Part shown: piece after piece, positions 37,901 through 47,872 of the stretch
Position numbering within the stretch: position 1 is the first letter of the stretch
Layout of the letters: each line of letters starts with the position of its first letter
NCBI GenBank assembly: GCA_963822445.1
Contig: CAWGHO010000002.1
Location: 1,664,001-1,728,000, forward strand
Direction of reading: 5' to 3'
DNA length: 64,000 nt
Source: an uncultured Acidobacteriota bacterium
GTDB taxonomy: Bacteria > Acidobacteriota > Thermoanaerobaculia > Gp7-AA8
Translations under genes and position numbers: made by a program
The notes under the pieces: generated by a model
What the model saw: only the letters and a program-made list of their open reading frames with translations
Told to the model about the DNA's origin: nothing
The model's database searches: none

Positions 37901-38773
37901 ATGAAGATCGCATTCATCGGACTCGGCGCCATGGGCTTTCCAATGGCGCGCCACCTTGCAAAAGAGCACGACGTCCTGGTCTGGAACCGGACCCGGGAGA
38001 AGGCCGAGCGGCATGCGGCCGAGGAGGGAACGCGGCTCGCGAACGACCTCGCTGCTTGCGCCGATGCCGAAGTCATCATCACCATTCTCCCGACCAGCAA
38101 AGAGGTCGACGAGATCGTCGATCAGCTTCTGCCGCATGTGAAATCAGGAACGCTCTGGATCGACGCGACGAGCGGCGACCCGAACGTGAGCCGGCTGACG
38201 GCCGCCCGTCTCGCGGACAAAGGCGTGGAGTTCGTCGATGCGCCGGTGACCGGTGCAGTCGTCGGTGCGACGAACGCGACGCTCACCATCATGATCGGCG
38301 GGACCGCGGAAGCGTTCGAACGGGCCAGAGAGATCCTGCGCCTGAACGGTAAGACCATCATCCACGTCGGACCGGTCGGCTCGGGTCACGCCATCAAGGT
38401 CCTCACGAACACGATCATGGGCGCGACGGTCTGGATCACATCGGAGTGCCTGCTCCTCGCGAAACAGCTCGGCATCGACATGAAGACCGCGCTCGAGGTG
38501 ACTAATGCCGGCAGCGGCCGGTCGAACGCCAGCGAGAACCTGTTGCCGATGCGGCTTCGCGATCATCAATGGCCGCTCGTCTTCAAGCTCGCCCACCACG
38601 ACAAGGACATCCGCATCGCGGCCTCGCTTTCGCATCAGCAGCATGCGTCGACGCCGATGCTCACCCTGACCCAGCAGCTCTTCACCGGCGCGCTGAACCA
38701 GCTCGGCGACAACGCCGACTACATCGAGGTAGCGAAGATCGTGGCGAAGATGAACGGAACCACTTGGGACTGA
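37901..38773 (+). CDS. 3-hydroxyisobutyrate dehydrogenase-family oxidoreductase
   Basis: MKIAFIGLGAMG, VWNRT, FVDAPVTG, KD. Confidence 0.92.
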   Translation: MKIAFIGLGAMGFPMARHLAKEHDVLVWNRTREKAERHAAEEGTRLANDLAACADAEVIITILPTSKEVDEIVDQLLPHVKSGTLWIDATSGDPNVSRLTAARLADKGVEFVDAPVTGAVVGATNATLTIMIGGTAEAFERAREILRLNGKTIIHVGPVGSGHAIKVLTNTIMGATVWITSECLLLAKQLGIDMKTALEVTNAGSGRSNASENLLPMRLRDHQWPLVFKLAHHDKDIRIAASLSHQQHASTPMLTLTQQLFTGALNQLGDNADYIEVAKIVAKMNGTTWD

Positions 38774-39594
38774 TGCCTCCACGCGTAACGGTGATCATGG
38801 CGACGTACAACTGGAGCGCCGTGCTCCCGTACTCGATCGCCAGCGCGCTGCAGCAGACGTTCACCGACTTCGAGCTCCTGGTCATCGGCGACGGGTGCAC
38901 CGACGATTCCGAGCGCGTCGTCAGCGAGATCAAAGACCCGCGCGTGCGATGGATCAGCATCCCGCGCTTCGGGCATCAGAGCGGTCCGAACAACGAGGGC
39001 CTGCGTCAGGCGCGCGGTGAGTACATCGCCTACCTTGGCCACGACGATCTCTGGCTGCAAGATCATCTGATGCAACTCGTCGCGGCCCTCGATGCCGGTG
39101 CCGATCTCGTCCACTCGACGCTGGCCATGGTTCAGACGGACGGGAGAATTTTCCCGTGGACTGCCATGCCCACGGCGACGATGCATCGGCGGTCGATGAC
39201 GGAGCGCATCGGCGGCTGGCGGGATTACCGCGAACTGACGGATGTGCCCGAGGTCGATTTCTATCGCAGGGCGAGAGAAGCGGGGATGAAGGTCACCTTC
39301 GTGCGGCGGCTCACCGGCGTCAAGTTCCCTGCTGCATGGCGGCGGAATGTCTATCGCGAGCGGCCGTGTCACGAACAGGCGGCGTGGCTCGAGCGCATCC
39401 GCTCCGAGCCCGATCTCGAGACGAGCCTGCTCGTGGAGATGGCCTTCGTGTCCTTGAAGCCGCCATCGATCGAGATGCGCATTGCCCGTCTGCTGGTAAG
39501 ACCCTGGCAATGGCCGGGCGCGGTATGGCGCAGGATTCCGCGCAAGGGGCTTACGATCCGGAACATGCTGCGGTTCAAAGGCGTGACTGACTGA
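38773..39594 (+). CDS. Glycosyltransferase family 2
   Basis: VIMATYN, IGDGCTD, ARGEYIAYLGHDD. Confidence 0.9.
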   Translation: MPPRVTVIMATYNWSAVLPYSIASALQQTFTDFELLVIGDGCTDDSERVVSEIKDPRVRWISIPRFGHQSGPNNEGLRQARGEYIAYLGHDDLWLQDHLMQLVAALDAGADLVHSTLAMVQTDGRIFPWTAMPTATMHRRSMTERIGGWRDYRELTDVPEVDFYRRAREAGMKVTFVRRLTGVKFPAAWRRNVYRERPCHEQAAWLERIRSEPDLETSLLVEMAFVSLKPPSIEMRIARLLVRPWQWPGAVWRRIPRKGLTIRNMLRFKGVTD

Positions 39595-39605
39595 GGGAGA
39601 ACGAC

Positions 39606-40154
39606 ATGCTGCAGGGTGCACAGAAAGACTCACAGATCGTCACGAGCGACTGGCAGAAGGTCGGCGGTGGAATCGAAGGCGTGGTCATGCGCGAAGTGCT
39701 GCACGTGCCGCGCGACCACGGCGTGATCACGGAGTCGTATCGCCACGAATGGGATCCGACGGGTTTGCCGGTCGTGCACATCTACCAGTCGCGCCTCTTT
39801 CCGGGTGCGATCGGTGCGTGGAGCTGTCACATGAAATCGATCGATCGCCTGTTCGTGAATCAGGGCCACCTGAAGGTCGTGCTCTTCGATGGGCGTGAGG
39901 ACAGCAGCACCCACGGGATGTTGAAGGAGTACCACGTCGGCGACGCGCGTCCGACGTTCATCGTCCTGCCGACCGGCGTCTGGCACGGCCTGCAGAACCT
40001 CGGCGCGACCGACGCCCTGGTCCTGAACTTTCCGACGCTCGCTTACGACTACACCGACCCCGATCACTGGCGTCTGCCGTACGACACCGATCAGATTCCG
40101 TACAGCTGGCGCGCGACGGAGAGCTCGCGTTTGCGCGCGGACGCGAAGAGCTAG
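39606..40154 (+). CDS. RmlC-like cupin (dTDP-sugar epimerase family)
   Basis: [29 protein letters not shown]. Confidence 0.85.
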   Translation: MLQGAQKDSQIVTSDWQKVGGGIEGVVMREVLHVPRDHGVITESYRHEWDPTGLPVVHIYQSRLFPGAIGAWSCHMKSIDRLFVNQGHLKVVLFDGREDSSTHGMLKEYHVGDARPTFIVLPTGVWHGLQNLGATDALVLNFPTLAYDYTDPDHWRLPYDTDQIPYSWRATESSRLRADAKS

Positions 40155-40909
40155 AACGTGCCGCGGTAAAGCCCGCCGTCGATCTGCAGCGACGTGCCGG
40201 TGACGTAGCTCGCGCGCTCGCTGCAGAGGAACGCGACGACGTTCGCCAGCTCCTCGGGCCGCCCGTAACGGCCCAGCGGAATCATCGCTTCGGACTTTTT
40301 CAGATATTCGTCCGGGGTGATGCCCTGATCCTTCGCGCGAATCTCGGCGAGGTGTTTCTGCCGGTCGGTGAGGAAGTGGCCGGGGAGCACGGCATTGACC
40401 AGGATTCCGTCGCGCGCGACCTGATCGGCGAGCGTTTTCGTGAGGCCGGAGATGCCCGCGCGCAACGTCGAGCTGACGGTGAGGAGCTCGATCGGTTGCT
40501 TGGCCACGAACGAAGTCAGATGAACGATCCGTCCCCACTTGCGTTCCTGCATGCCGGGAATCACCAGATTGCAGAGCCGGATGACATTCATGAGCGTGGA
40601 GTCGATGCCGCTCTGCCACTGCTCTTCGGTCAGCTTCAGAAACGGTGCGGCGGGCGGGCCGCCGGTGTTGGTTACCAGGATGTCGACGTGGCCGAATCGG
40701 GCGACCGTCTCATCGAACCAGCGTTTCAGGTCCTCGGCCTTGGAGACGTCGCAGGCGACGTTCAGCGAGTCCCCGATCGGCTGCGGCGCCGAACGGGCGC
40801 AAATGGAAACCTTGCAGCCTTCCGCGGCCAGCGTTTCGGCGATGGCGCGTCCGAGCCCTTTCGAGGCCGCGGCGACCATCGCCACGCGGTTTTGAATGCC
40901 CAGCTCCAT
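40151..40909 (-). CDS. SDR-family oxidoreductase
   Basis: [26 protein letters not shown]...DGG. Confidence 0.92.
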   Translation of the reverse strand: MELGIQNRVAMVAAASKGLGRAIAETLAAEGCKVSICARSAPQPIGDSLNVACDVSKAEDLKRWFDETVARFGHVDILVTNTGGPPAAPFLKLTEEQWQSGIDSTLMNVIRLCNLVIPGMQERKWGRIVHLTSFVAKQPIELLTVSSTLRAGISGLTKTLADQVARDGILVNAVLPGHFLTDRQKHLAEIRAKDQGITPDEYLKKSEAMIPLGRYGRPEELANVVAFLCSERASYVTGTSLQIDGGLYRGTF

Positions 40910-40934
40910 GGTCGGGCGACGATATCATCCGGTT

Positions 40935-41025
40935 TTGGAGTGCGGTGGCTCTGCCACCGCTTTCCAAGCGCGCGGAGCGCGCCTCCGGCGCGTCACAAAG
41001 CGGCGGCAGAGCCGCCGCACTCCAA
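40935..41025. repeat. REP-doublet (REPIN-like) element, family A copy 2
   Basis: TTGGAGTGCGGTGGCTCTGCCACCGCTTT ... AAAGCGGCGGCAGAGCCGCCGCACTCCAA; each arm is self-palindromic. Confidence 0.88.
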
Positions 41026-41027
41026 CT

Positions 41028-41264
41028 ATGAATTGCCCCAACTGCTCGTCAGAGAGAATCCGCCGCGGTGGCATGAAGATCTGGATCGTCTACCTGATCC
41101 TCATCGTTCTGGCCGTCCCGGCGGTGGTGGCCTTCGAGCTTCACGCGGGGATCGTGGCGGGAATCGTGATCGCCGGGGCGGTGCTGGCCAACCTGATCCT
41201 CAACCAGCGGGTGTGCCTCGATTGTGGGCATCAGTGGGGAGGTCGGGATGACAAACCCAATTAA
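41028..41264 (+). CDS. Small membrane zinc-ribbon protein (CxxC-TM-TM-CxxC)
   Basis: MNCPNC...two hydrophobic helices...CLDCGHQW. Confidence 0.75.
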   Translation: MNCPNCSSERIRRGGMKIWIVYLILIVLAVPAVVAFELHAGIVAGIVIAGAVLANLILNQRVCLDCGHQWGGRDDKPN

Positions 41265-41288
41265 TCGTGTTAATTGGCCGCGAATCGA

Positions 41289-43085
41289 ATGCCTGACCCT
41301 TCGCAGATCCGCAACTTCTCCATCATCGCCCACATCGATCACGGCAAGACGACGCTCTCCGACCGTCTGCTGCAGATGACGGGCGCCGTCGAGCAACGGG
41401 AGATGCACGAGCAGATGCTCGACGACATGGACCTGGAGCGGGAGCGCGGCATCACCATCAAAGCCCGCGCGGTCACTCTCCAGTACAAATCCGAGAACGG
41501 GCAGGCCTACACCTTCAATCTCATCGACACGCCCGGCCACGTCGACTTCACCTACGAGGTCTCCCGAAGCCTGGCCGCATGTGAGGGCGCGATTCTCGTC
41601 GTCGACGCCACCCAGGGCGTCGAGGCGCAGACCCTGGCCAACAGCTATCTGGCCATCAACAACAATCTCTCCATCCTTCCGGTGATCAACAAAGTCGATC
41701 TCCCTTCGGCTGAACCGGAGCGGGTGCGCGAGCAGATCGAGAACGTGATCGGGCTCGACGCCCACGACGCCGTGCTCGCGTCGGCGAAAGCAGGGATCGG
41801 CGTCAAAGAGATTCTCGAGAAGATCATCACGCACATCCCCGCACCGAAGGGCGACAAGTCCGGACCGTTGCGGGCCCTGCTCTTCGATTCCTGGTACGAC
41901 TCCTACCGCGGCGTGGTCTGTTTCGTCAGGCTCATCGACGGCGAGTTGCGCCGCGGCATGAAGGTCAAATTCATGTCCACCGGCCGCGAATACGAGGTCG
42001 CGGAGCTGGGCATCTTCACGCCGAAACCGAAAGTCGTCGACTCCCTCGGCGTCGGCGAAGTCGGCTTCTTCTTCGCCAACATCCGGGACATCGTCCAGGC
42101 CAAGATCGGTGACACCATCACCGGGGCGAAAGAGAATCCGGAAATGCTCCCCGGCTTCCAGGAAGTGAAGCCGATGGTCTTCGCCGGCCTGTTCCCGATC
42201 ATCACCGAGGATTACGAGCAGCTGCGGGATGCCGTGGCGAAGCTGAAGCTGAACGACGCGTCGTTCTCCTACGAGCCCGAGAACTCCGTCGCCCTCGGAT
42301 TCGGATTCCGCTGCGGATTCCTCGGCCTCCTGCACATGGAGATCATCCAGGAGCGCCTCGAGCGCGAGTTCAACCTCGAGTTGCTCACCACCGCGCCCGG
42401 CGTCCGCTATCGCGTCACGCTGACGAACGGTGAAGTCATCGAGATCGAGAACCCGCAGAAGCTGCCCGACCCGGCCAACATCGCAAAGATCGAAGAGCCG
42501 TTCTTCGAAGTGACCATGCTGACGACCGACGAATTCGTCGGGCCGATCATCGCCCTGGCCATCGATCGCCGCGGCACGCAGAAGAAGCTCGAGTACGTAG
42601 CCGCGAACCGGGTGATGCTCGTCTACGAAATGCCGCTGAACGAAGTGATCCTCGACTTCTTCGACAAGCTGAAGTCCATCTCCCGCGGCTACGCATCGCT
42701 CGACTACCAGTTCATCGGCTATCGCGAGAGCGATCTCGTGAAGATGGACATCCTCGTGAACGGCGAGCCGCTGGATGCGCTCTCGCTGATCGTGCACAAG
42801 GACAAGGCCTTCCCCCGCGGGAAGATGCTCGTCGAGAAGATGAAGGAGTTCATCCCCCGGCAGATGTTTGAAGTTGCGTTACAGGCCGCCATCGGCAACC
42901 GCATCGTGGCCCGCGAGACCGTGAAGGCCCTCCGCAAGAACGTCCTCGCCAAGTGCTATGGCGGCGACATCTCCCGCAAGCGCAAGCTCCTGGAGAAGCA
43001 GAAGGAAGGGAAGAAGCGCATGAAGCGGGTGGGGAAGGTCGAGATCCCGCAGGAAGCCTTCCTGGCCGTCCTCAAAATCGACTGA
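41289..43085 (+). CDS. lepA: Elongation factor 4
   Basis: [50 protein letters not shown]. Confidence 0.98.
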   Translation: MPDPSQIRNFSIIAHIDHGKTTLSDRLLQMTGAVEQREMHEQMLDDMDLERERGITIKARAVTLQYKSENGQAYTFNLIDTPGHVDFTYEVSRSLAACEGAILVVDATQGVEAQTLANSYLAINNNLSILPVINKVDLPSAEPERVREQIENVIGLDAHDAVLASAKAGIGVKEILEKIITHIPAPKGDKSGPLRALLFDSWYDSYRGVVCFVRLIDGELRRGMKVKFMSTGREYEVAELGIFTPKPKVVDSLGVGEVGFFFANIRDIVQAKIGDTITGAKENPEMLPGFQEVKPMVFAGLFPIITEDYEQLRDAVAKLKLNDASFSYEPENSVALGFGFRCGFLGLLHMEIIQERLEREFNLELLTTAPGVRYRVTLTNGEVIEIENPQKLPDPANIAKIEEPFFEVTMLTTDEFVGPIIALAIDRRGTQKKLEYVAANRVMLVYEMPLNEVILDFFDKLKSISRGYASLDYQFIGYRESDLVKMDILVNGEPLDALSLIVHKDKAFPRGKMLVEKMKEFIPRQMFEVALQAAIGNRIVARETVKALRKNVLAKCYGGDISRKRKLLEKQKEGKKRMKRVGKVEIPQEAFLAVLKID

Positions 43086-43093
43086 CCGCGGCC

Positions 43094-43139
43094 TGTGATC
43101 CGGCTCACTTTCTACAAATAATCTGGCACGCTTCCGGCT
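43094..43139 (+). promoter_or_regulatory. CRP/FNR-like box plus candidate sigma54 -24/-12 promoter
   Basis: TGTGA-TCCGGC-TCACT at 43094-43109; TGGCACG-CTTCCG-GCT (GG-N10-GC) at 43124-43139. Confidence 0.5.
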
Positions 43140-43180
43140 CCTGAAGCCCATCCGAAAAGGATGGCCCGGCGGGAGGCTTT

Positions 43181-43819
43181 ATGAAGAAGCTGGTTGCTGC
43201 CGCGAGCTTCGCGGCGACTTTCGGGATCTACGCAGCCGCGGCAAGCGCCGCATCGATCGACATGACCGATCCCCGCCGCGCCCTTGGACGCGAAGGCGAC
43301 GTCCGGATCGACGCCCAACTCGTCTCCGAGACCGTCGCGCATGGCGCACCGATCGTCGTCACCTGGCAGATTCAGAACTTCACCGCGCTGCCCGTTGCCG
43401 TGGCCACGCGTGTGATCGATGCCTCCTACGACCCCGACAGCCGCACCATCACCGTGGCCATTGGTTCCGAGGTGCCGGATGACGGGAACATGCCGCAGAT
43501 GACGCTCGTCGCGGCCGGCGAGAAGAAAGTGTTTCGTTCGTCGGCTTCGCTGGCCATTCCGCCCGGCGTCGTTCGCGCCAGGAGCGGCGGTGCGCCGCGG
43601 TTCGTGCAGGTCAAGGTCTCGATTCTCCGCGACCTCGACCCGTTCGCGGCGATGATCGAAACGCAGTCACCCACCGCGCCACCGAAGAAGTTGTCCGATG
43701 CGCTGTTCGAGCAGTGGTTCGAGTCGACCGACACGATCTTCCTGAACACGCTGCCCGTGCAGTGGACGGGACGGATGGCGTCGGTCGGAGATGCCGAGCA
43801 TCGCGCCGGCGGCTTCTGA
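43181..43819 (+). CDS. Secreted hypothetical protein (paralogue A)
   Basis: GGAGG SD; signal peptide; similar over its whole length to the next gene. Confidence 0.8.
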   Translation: MKKLVAAASFAATFGIYAAAASAASIDMTDPRRALGREGDVRIDAQLVSETVAHGAPIVVTWQIQNFTALPVAVATRVIDASYDPDSRTITVAIGSEVPDDGNMPQMTLVAAGEKKVFRSSASLAIPPGVVRARSGGAPRFVQVKVSILRDLDPFAAMIETQSPTAPPKKLSDALFEQWFESTDTIFLNTLPVQWTGRMASVGDAEHRAGGF

Positions 43820-43841
43820 CGAAATCGGCGATCATGGCTTC

Positions 43842-44492
43842 GTGAACCGCTCGCTGGCAGTACTCGCTCTCCTTTTCGCGGTTTCGTGCGCATCGACGAA
43901 GCCGGTCGACATGAGCGAGCCCCGGCGCGTCGTCGGAACGGAGAGCGACGTGCGGATCGACGCCGCGATTCGCGATGAGACGGTCGGCAGCGGTGCGGCG
44001 GTCGCGATCACGTACGAGATCACGAACAATCGCGCGCAGCCGATCGCGGTCGCCGACATCATTCCCGAGAGCAGCTACGACAGCGAGACGCAAACGATCA
44101 CGGTGGGAATCGGATCGGAAGTACCGGGCGCGTCGCTGTTGCCGCGGCTGATCGCGATCGCGCCGGGGGAGAAGAAGAGCTTCACCAATCTCGCGCGCCT
44201 CGCCATGCGCCTTCCTACGGCGAGCGGCCCCGAGGGGCGGTCGCGCGCTCCTACGTCGCTGCGGTTGAAGGTCAACTTCCTCAGCGACATCACGCCGTTT
44301 CAGCAGCTGGTCGGAATCAGTGAGAAAGCGATCGCGGACGTGGCCCTCGCCGATGCGCTCTTCCCGAAATGGGTCGAGCTAAACGAGGTCATCTATACGA
44401 ATTCGGTTCCTGTGCGCTGGACGAATCGCACGCCGGGCGGGGATACGAACATGCGGGCGCCGACGCCCCCACCGCGGACGCGGCGCCCCTAA
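43842..44492 (+). CDS. Lipoprotein, hypothetical (paralogue B)
   Basis: GTG start; lipobox-like AVSC; shares DM..PRR..G...DVRIDA and TITV.IGSEVP with paralogue A. Confidence 0.8.
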   Translation: MNRSLAVLALLFAVSCASTKPVDMSEPRRVVGTESDVRIDAAIRDETVGSGAAVAITYEITNNRAQPIAVADIIPESSYDSETQTITVGIGSEVPGASLLPRLIAIAPGEKKSFTNLARLAMRLPTASGPEGRSRAPTSLRLKVNFLSDITPFQQLVGISEKAIADVALADALFPKWVELNEVIYTNSVPVRWTNRTPGGDTNMRAPTPPPRTRRP

Positions 44493-44500
44493 AGCGTCAG

Positions 44501-44836
44501 CTAGAAGCTGCTGACCGCTTCCTGCTCGTTCTCGTAGACCTCGAACACGGTGATGAGCTGCGTGACGTGCAGCAGCTCGTTCAGCTTGTCCGGGAGGTGA
44601 AGGAGCTTGAGCTTCCCGCCGCGGTTCGTGACGGTCGTGTACGAACCGACCAGCTCGCCGATGCCCGACGAGTCGATCGTCGTGACGCCGGAAAGGTCGA
44701 GGAGGATGTTCGCCTTGCCGGCGTTGACGGCGTTGGCGATGACCTCGCGGAGCTGCGTGTCGCCGGAGCCGATCGTGATCTTGCCCTGCAGGCTGATGAT
44801 CTCGACGTTTCCGGAGGTGCGGTTATTGGCTTTCAT
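44501..44836 (-). CDS. STAS anti-anti-sigma factor (RsbV-like)
   Basis: LLDLSGVTTIDSSGIGEL. Confidence 0.93.
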   Translation of the reverse strand: MKANNRTSGNVEIISLQGKITIGSGDTQLREVIANAVNAGKANILLDLSGVTTIDSSGIGELVGSYTTVTNRGGKLKLLHLPDKLNELLHVTQLITVFEVYENEQEAVSSF

Positions 44837-44860
44837 GGTGAGTCTCTCCTTCTATCGAAT

Positions 44861-45316
44861 TCAGGCTTTGGTGTGAGCGATGCCGCTGCCGCGGGTCAGG
44901 TTCTTCGTCATCACCAGCGACGTGCCGCCGCCGGGTTGGAAAGAGTAGTTGACCTGATCCATGAAAGTCTTCATGTAGAAGATGCCGCGGCCGCTGGTTT
45001 TCATGAGGTTCTGGGGATTGAGCGGGTCGCTCACTTTCTCGGGGTCGAAGCCTTCGCCTTCGTCCGAGACGGTGATTTCCAGCTCCGGTCCATCGAGCTC
45101 GAAGGTGGCGAACACCTTCTTGCGCACATCGAGTTTGTTGCCGTGCTTGATGGCGTTCGCGACCGCCTCGCGGACCGCCATGCCAATCCAGTGGGAACCA
45201 TCCTCGTCGACACCTGCGTTTTCACAAAGGTGTTCGGCGATCACCTGAACCAGTTCGATGTTTTCGAAGCGGCTGCTGATCGTGATCTCGATACGCTCGC
45301 TGTCGCCGCGCTCCAT
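44861..45316 (-). CDS. Anti-sigma factor Ser kinase (RsbW-like)
   Basis: EAVANAIKHGN, DEGEGFD, SGRGIFYM. Confidence 0.93.
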   Translation of the reverse strand: MERGDSERIEITISSRFENIELVQVIAEHLCENAGVDEDGSHWIGMAVREAVANAIKHGNKLDVRKKVFATFELDGPELEITVSDEGEGFDPEKVSDPLNPQNLMKTSGRGIFYMKTFMDQVNYSFQPGGGTSLVMTKNLTRGSGIAHTKA

Positions 45317-45400
45317 GGATTGAACCGGCGCATTCTAGAGGAAGGGGTGGGGGGCGCAAACGGACGGAATGAGGGGCCGGTAGCGTTCGTTCGGCTGCGC

Positions 45401-46537
45401 ATGACCACGGTTCGAGCCACGCGCACCGCAATCATCCTCCTGACCACGCTCGCGCTGAACTCCTGCGCGAACGCCTCATCGCTCGAGCCGGGCATGAAGG
45501 CGGTCGAGAAGATCCGCGGCCGCAAGTTCACCGGCGACGTGAAGCACGTGGCCATCGATCGCAAGGATCTGACCGGCCATCTGCGCGAGCAGATGCTCAA
45601 ATCGACGCCGTACTCGCTCGACGACTGGGGAATCGTCCTGCGCTCGCTGCAATTCGTCGACACCGAAGTCGAGGACATCCTGCCGAAGCTCCTGTCGCTC
45701 TACGAATCGCAGGTGCTGGCCTTCTACGATCCCTACTCGCACACCTACTACTCGATCAAGCAGCTCCCGAAACTGCCTGACGACGTCGCCAAGATCGCCG
45801 ATCCGGCGATGCTCGAGGAAACGGTGATGGTGCACGAGCTCACCCACGCGCTGCAGGACCAGCACTTCTCGCTCGCCGCGAAAGAGAAGCAGAACATGCG
45901 CGACACGGATGCGAACCTCGCTTACCACGCGCTGCTCGAAGGCGAGGGCGTGCTGGTGATGATGGTTCACATGCTGAACAAGATGAACGTCCCCTTCGAT
46001 GAAGTGATCAAGGAGGACGCGCTCCTGCAGACGATGGCCTCGGCCACCGCCGCCGATCAGATGATCGATCCCTCGACGCCGAAGTACTTCGCGGAGATGC
46101 TGAAGTTCCCGTACCTGGAAGGGCTGAAGTTCGTCGTCGCCGCGTACAAGCGCGGCGGATGGAAGGAGCTCGACAGAGTCCATGCGAATCCGCCGCGGAC
46201 GACGCGCGAGATTCTGCATCCCGAGGAGTACTTCGCGAAGACCTTCACGCCGGAGCCTTTCGATGAGAAGGAGCCGGCCGGCGACGTGATCGCCGTCGAG
46301 CACCTCGGCGAGTTCCACTGGCGCTTCCTCGTCGGCGCGGACAACGCTACGGGCTGGATGAACGATCGCGTGATCATTTCGCGCGGCGGCCGCGTTCGTG
46401 CGGAAACGAAATGGCAGTCGCCGGAGCGCGCGACTGCATTCGCCGATGCCTACTCCGCGTTCCTGAAAAAGCGCGGCGTCGAAGCGAAGATCGAACGGAA
46501 TGGTTCCGCGGTCGTCGCCGAATACACGTCGAAATGA
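45401..46537 (+). CDS. Exported zinc metallopeptidase-like (lipo)protein
   Basis: Signal peptide with LNSC; AFYDP; HELTHALQDQHF; ALLEGE; FPYLEG. Confidence 0.8.
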   Translation: MTTVRATRTAIILLTTLALNSCANASSLEPGMKAVEKIRGRKFTGDVKHVAIDRKDLTGHLREQMLKSTPYSLDDWGIVLRSLQFVDTEVEDILPKLLSLYESQVLAFYDPYSHTYYSIKQLPKLPDDVAKIADPAMLEETVMVHELTHALQDQHFSLAAKEKQNMRDTDANLAYHALLEGEGVLVMMVHMLNKMNVPFDEVIKEDALLQTMASATAADQMIDPSTPKYFAEMLKFPYLEGLKFVVAAYKRGGWKELDRVHANPPRTTREILHPEEYFAKTFTPEPFDEKEPAGDVIAVEHLGEFHWRFLVGADNATGWMNDRVIISRGGRVRAETKWQSPERATAFADAYSAFLKKRGVEAKIERNGSAVVAEYTSK

Positions 46538-46806
46538 ACATCGACTACGCGACCCTCGATCAGGACGTTTACGACGGGACTTTCCGCCAGCGCCTCGAGG
46601 AGGAGCTCGCCCTCGGATTCCGCCAGATCCACGAGAGCGGCGACCGCCTCCCGCCCGCGTCGCATTACGCCGCGCAGATCGCCGAGATTGTGAACCGCGA
46701 CGTGCAGCTCGCGCCCGAGCTCAAGTACAACCTGTATCAGGAGATTCTGCTGGCGTGCGAGAACGCGCGGGCCGCGGTGTTGGCCCGCGATACCATCGTG
46801 TCGTGA
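46534..46806 (+). CDS. Hypothetical helical protein (90 aa)
   Basis: 4-nt overlaps with both neighbours; GC3-rich codons. Confidence 0.7.
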   Translation: MNIDYATLDQDVYDGTFRQRLEEELALGFRQIHESGDRLPPASHYAAQIAEIVNRDVQLAPELKYNLYQEILLACENARAAVLARDTIVS

Positions 46807-47870
46807 AGCACGCACTCGCTCGACACAAACCGTTGTCGAGCTTCGCCACCACCGGCGGTTGAGCCTGCAAGCTGGGTCAGGATGACCTGCGCTCGATCCT
46901 CGCCAAGCTCCCCTCATTCGAAGGGGCCGGGGATCTTCTCGTCGGAAATTCGACCTGCGATGACGCGGCGGTGATCCGCATCGCCGGCGACGTAGCCATC
47001 GCCCAGACCGTCGACTTCTTCACGCCGATCGTCGACGACCCGTATCTCTTCGGACAGATCGCGGCAACGAACTCGATCTCCGACATCTACGCGATGGGCG
47101 CGACGCCGATCCTGGGACTGGCCATCGCTGGCTTCCCGACAGACGTGCTTCCGCTGGAAGTGCTCGAGGAGATTCTTCGCGGCGGCGCGGACAAAGCGGT
47201 GGAGGCGGGATTTCCTGTCGCCGGCGGGCACACCATCATCGATGACGTTCCGAAGTACGGCCTCGTCGTCACGGGTGTGGTTCACGCGGACAAGCTCGTG
47301 CGCAATTCGACGGCGAAGGCCGGCGACGTTCTCTATCTGACGAAGCCGATCGGCAACGGCATTCTGGTGAGCGCGCATCGCGCGGCACTGGCGAAGAAGT
47401 TCTTCCGTCCCGAGCCGCCCGATCTCGGCGAAGCGATCCGCTGGATGACCACGCTGAATCGCGCCGCGGCACAGGCGATGGTGGACGCCGGCGCGAGCGC
47501 CGCCACGGACGTCACTGGCTACGGACTCATCGGCCATCTGCTGGAGATGTGCGAAGGCGCTTGCATCGGCGCGGAGATTCGCACGAGCAGCGTGCCCGTA
47601 CTCGACGGCGCCCGTGATTCTCTGAGCAAGGGATTCCGGCCCGAGGGGACGATGCGGAATGTTCGGACCTTCGCGGGGCGGGTGCGGTTGGCCGTGCCGG
47701 AGATCGAATACACGTTGATGTGTGATGCACAGACTTCGGGCGGTCTGCTCATCGCCATCGCGCCCGATCGTGCGGCCGCGCTCGAATCGCGCCTGCGGGA
47801 AAGCGGCCTGTTCTATGCAAACATCGGCGTGATGACCGCTGACGCCGGTCACATCACCTTGAAGGAGTAA
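46803..47870 (+). CDS. selD: Selenide, water dikinase; selenocysteine-containing (UGA at 46860-46862)
   Basis: GG-UGA-ACK in frame with DDAAV, QTVDFFTPIVDDP, SDIYAMG, GGHT, TDVTGYGL and DAQTSGGLL. Confidence 0.95.
46867..46890 (+). promoter_or_regulatory. Bacterial SECIS-like hairpin
   Basis: GGTCA-GGA-TGACC stem; G-first loop 17 nt after the UGA; outer GCA/TGC pairing. Confidence 0.7.
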
Positions 47871-47872
47871 CG

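Noticed and set aside
46860-46862. selD as a pseudogene or as starting at 46971
   Set aside because: The stop falls exactly at the catalytic Cys/Sec position and has a SECIS-like hairpin downstream; recoding explains it better.
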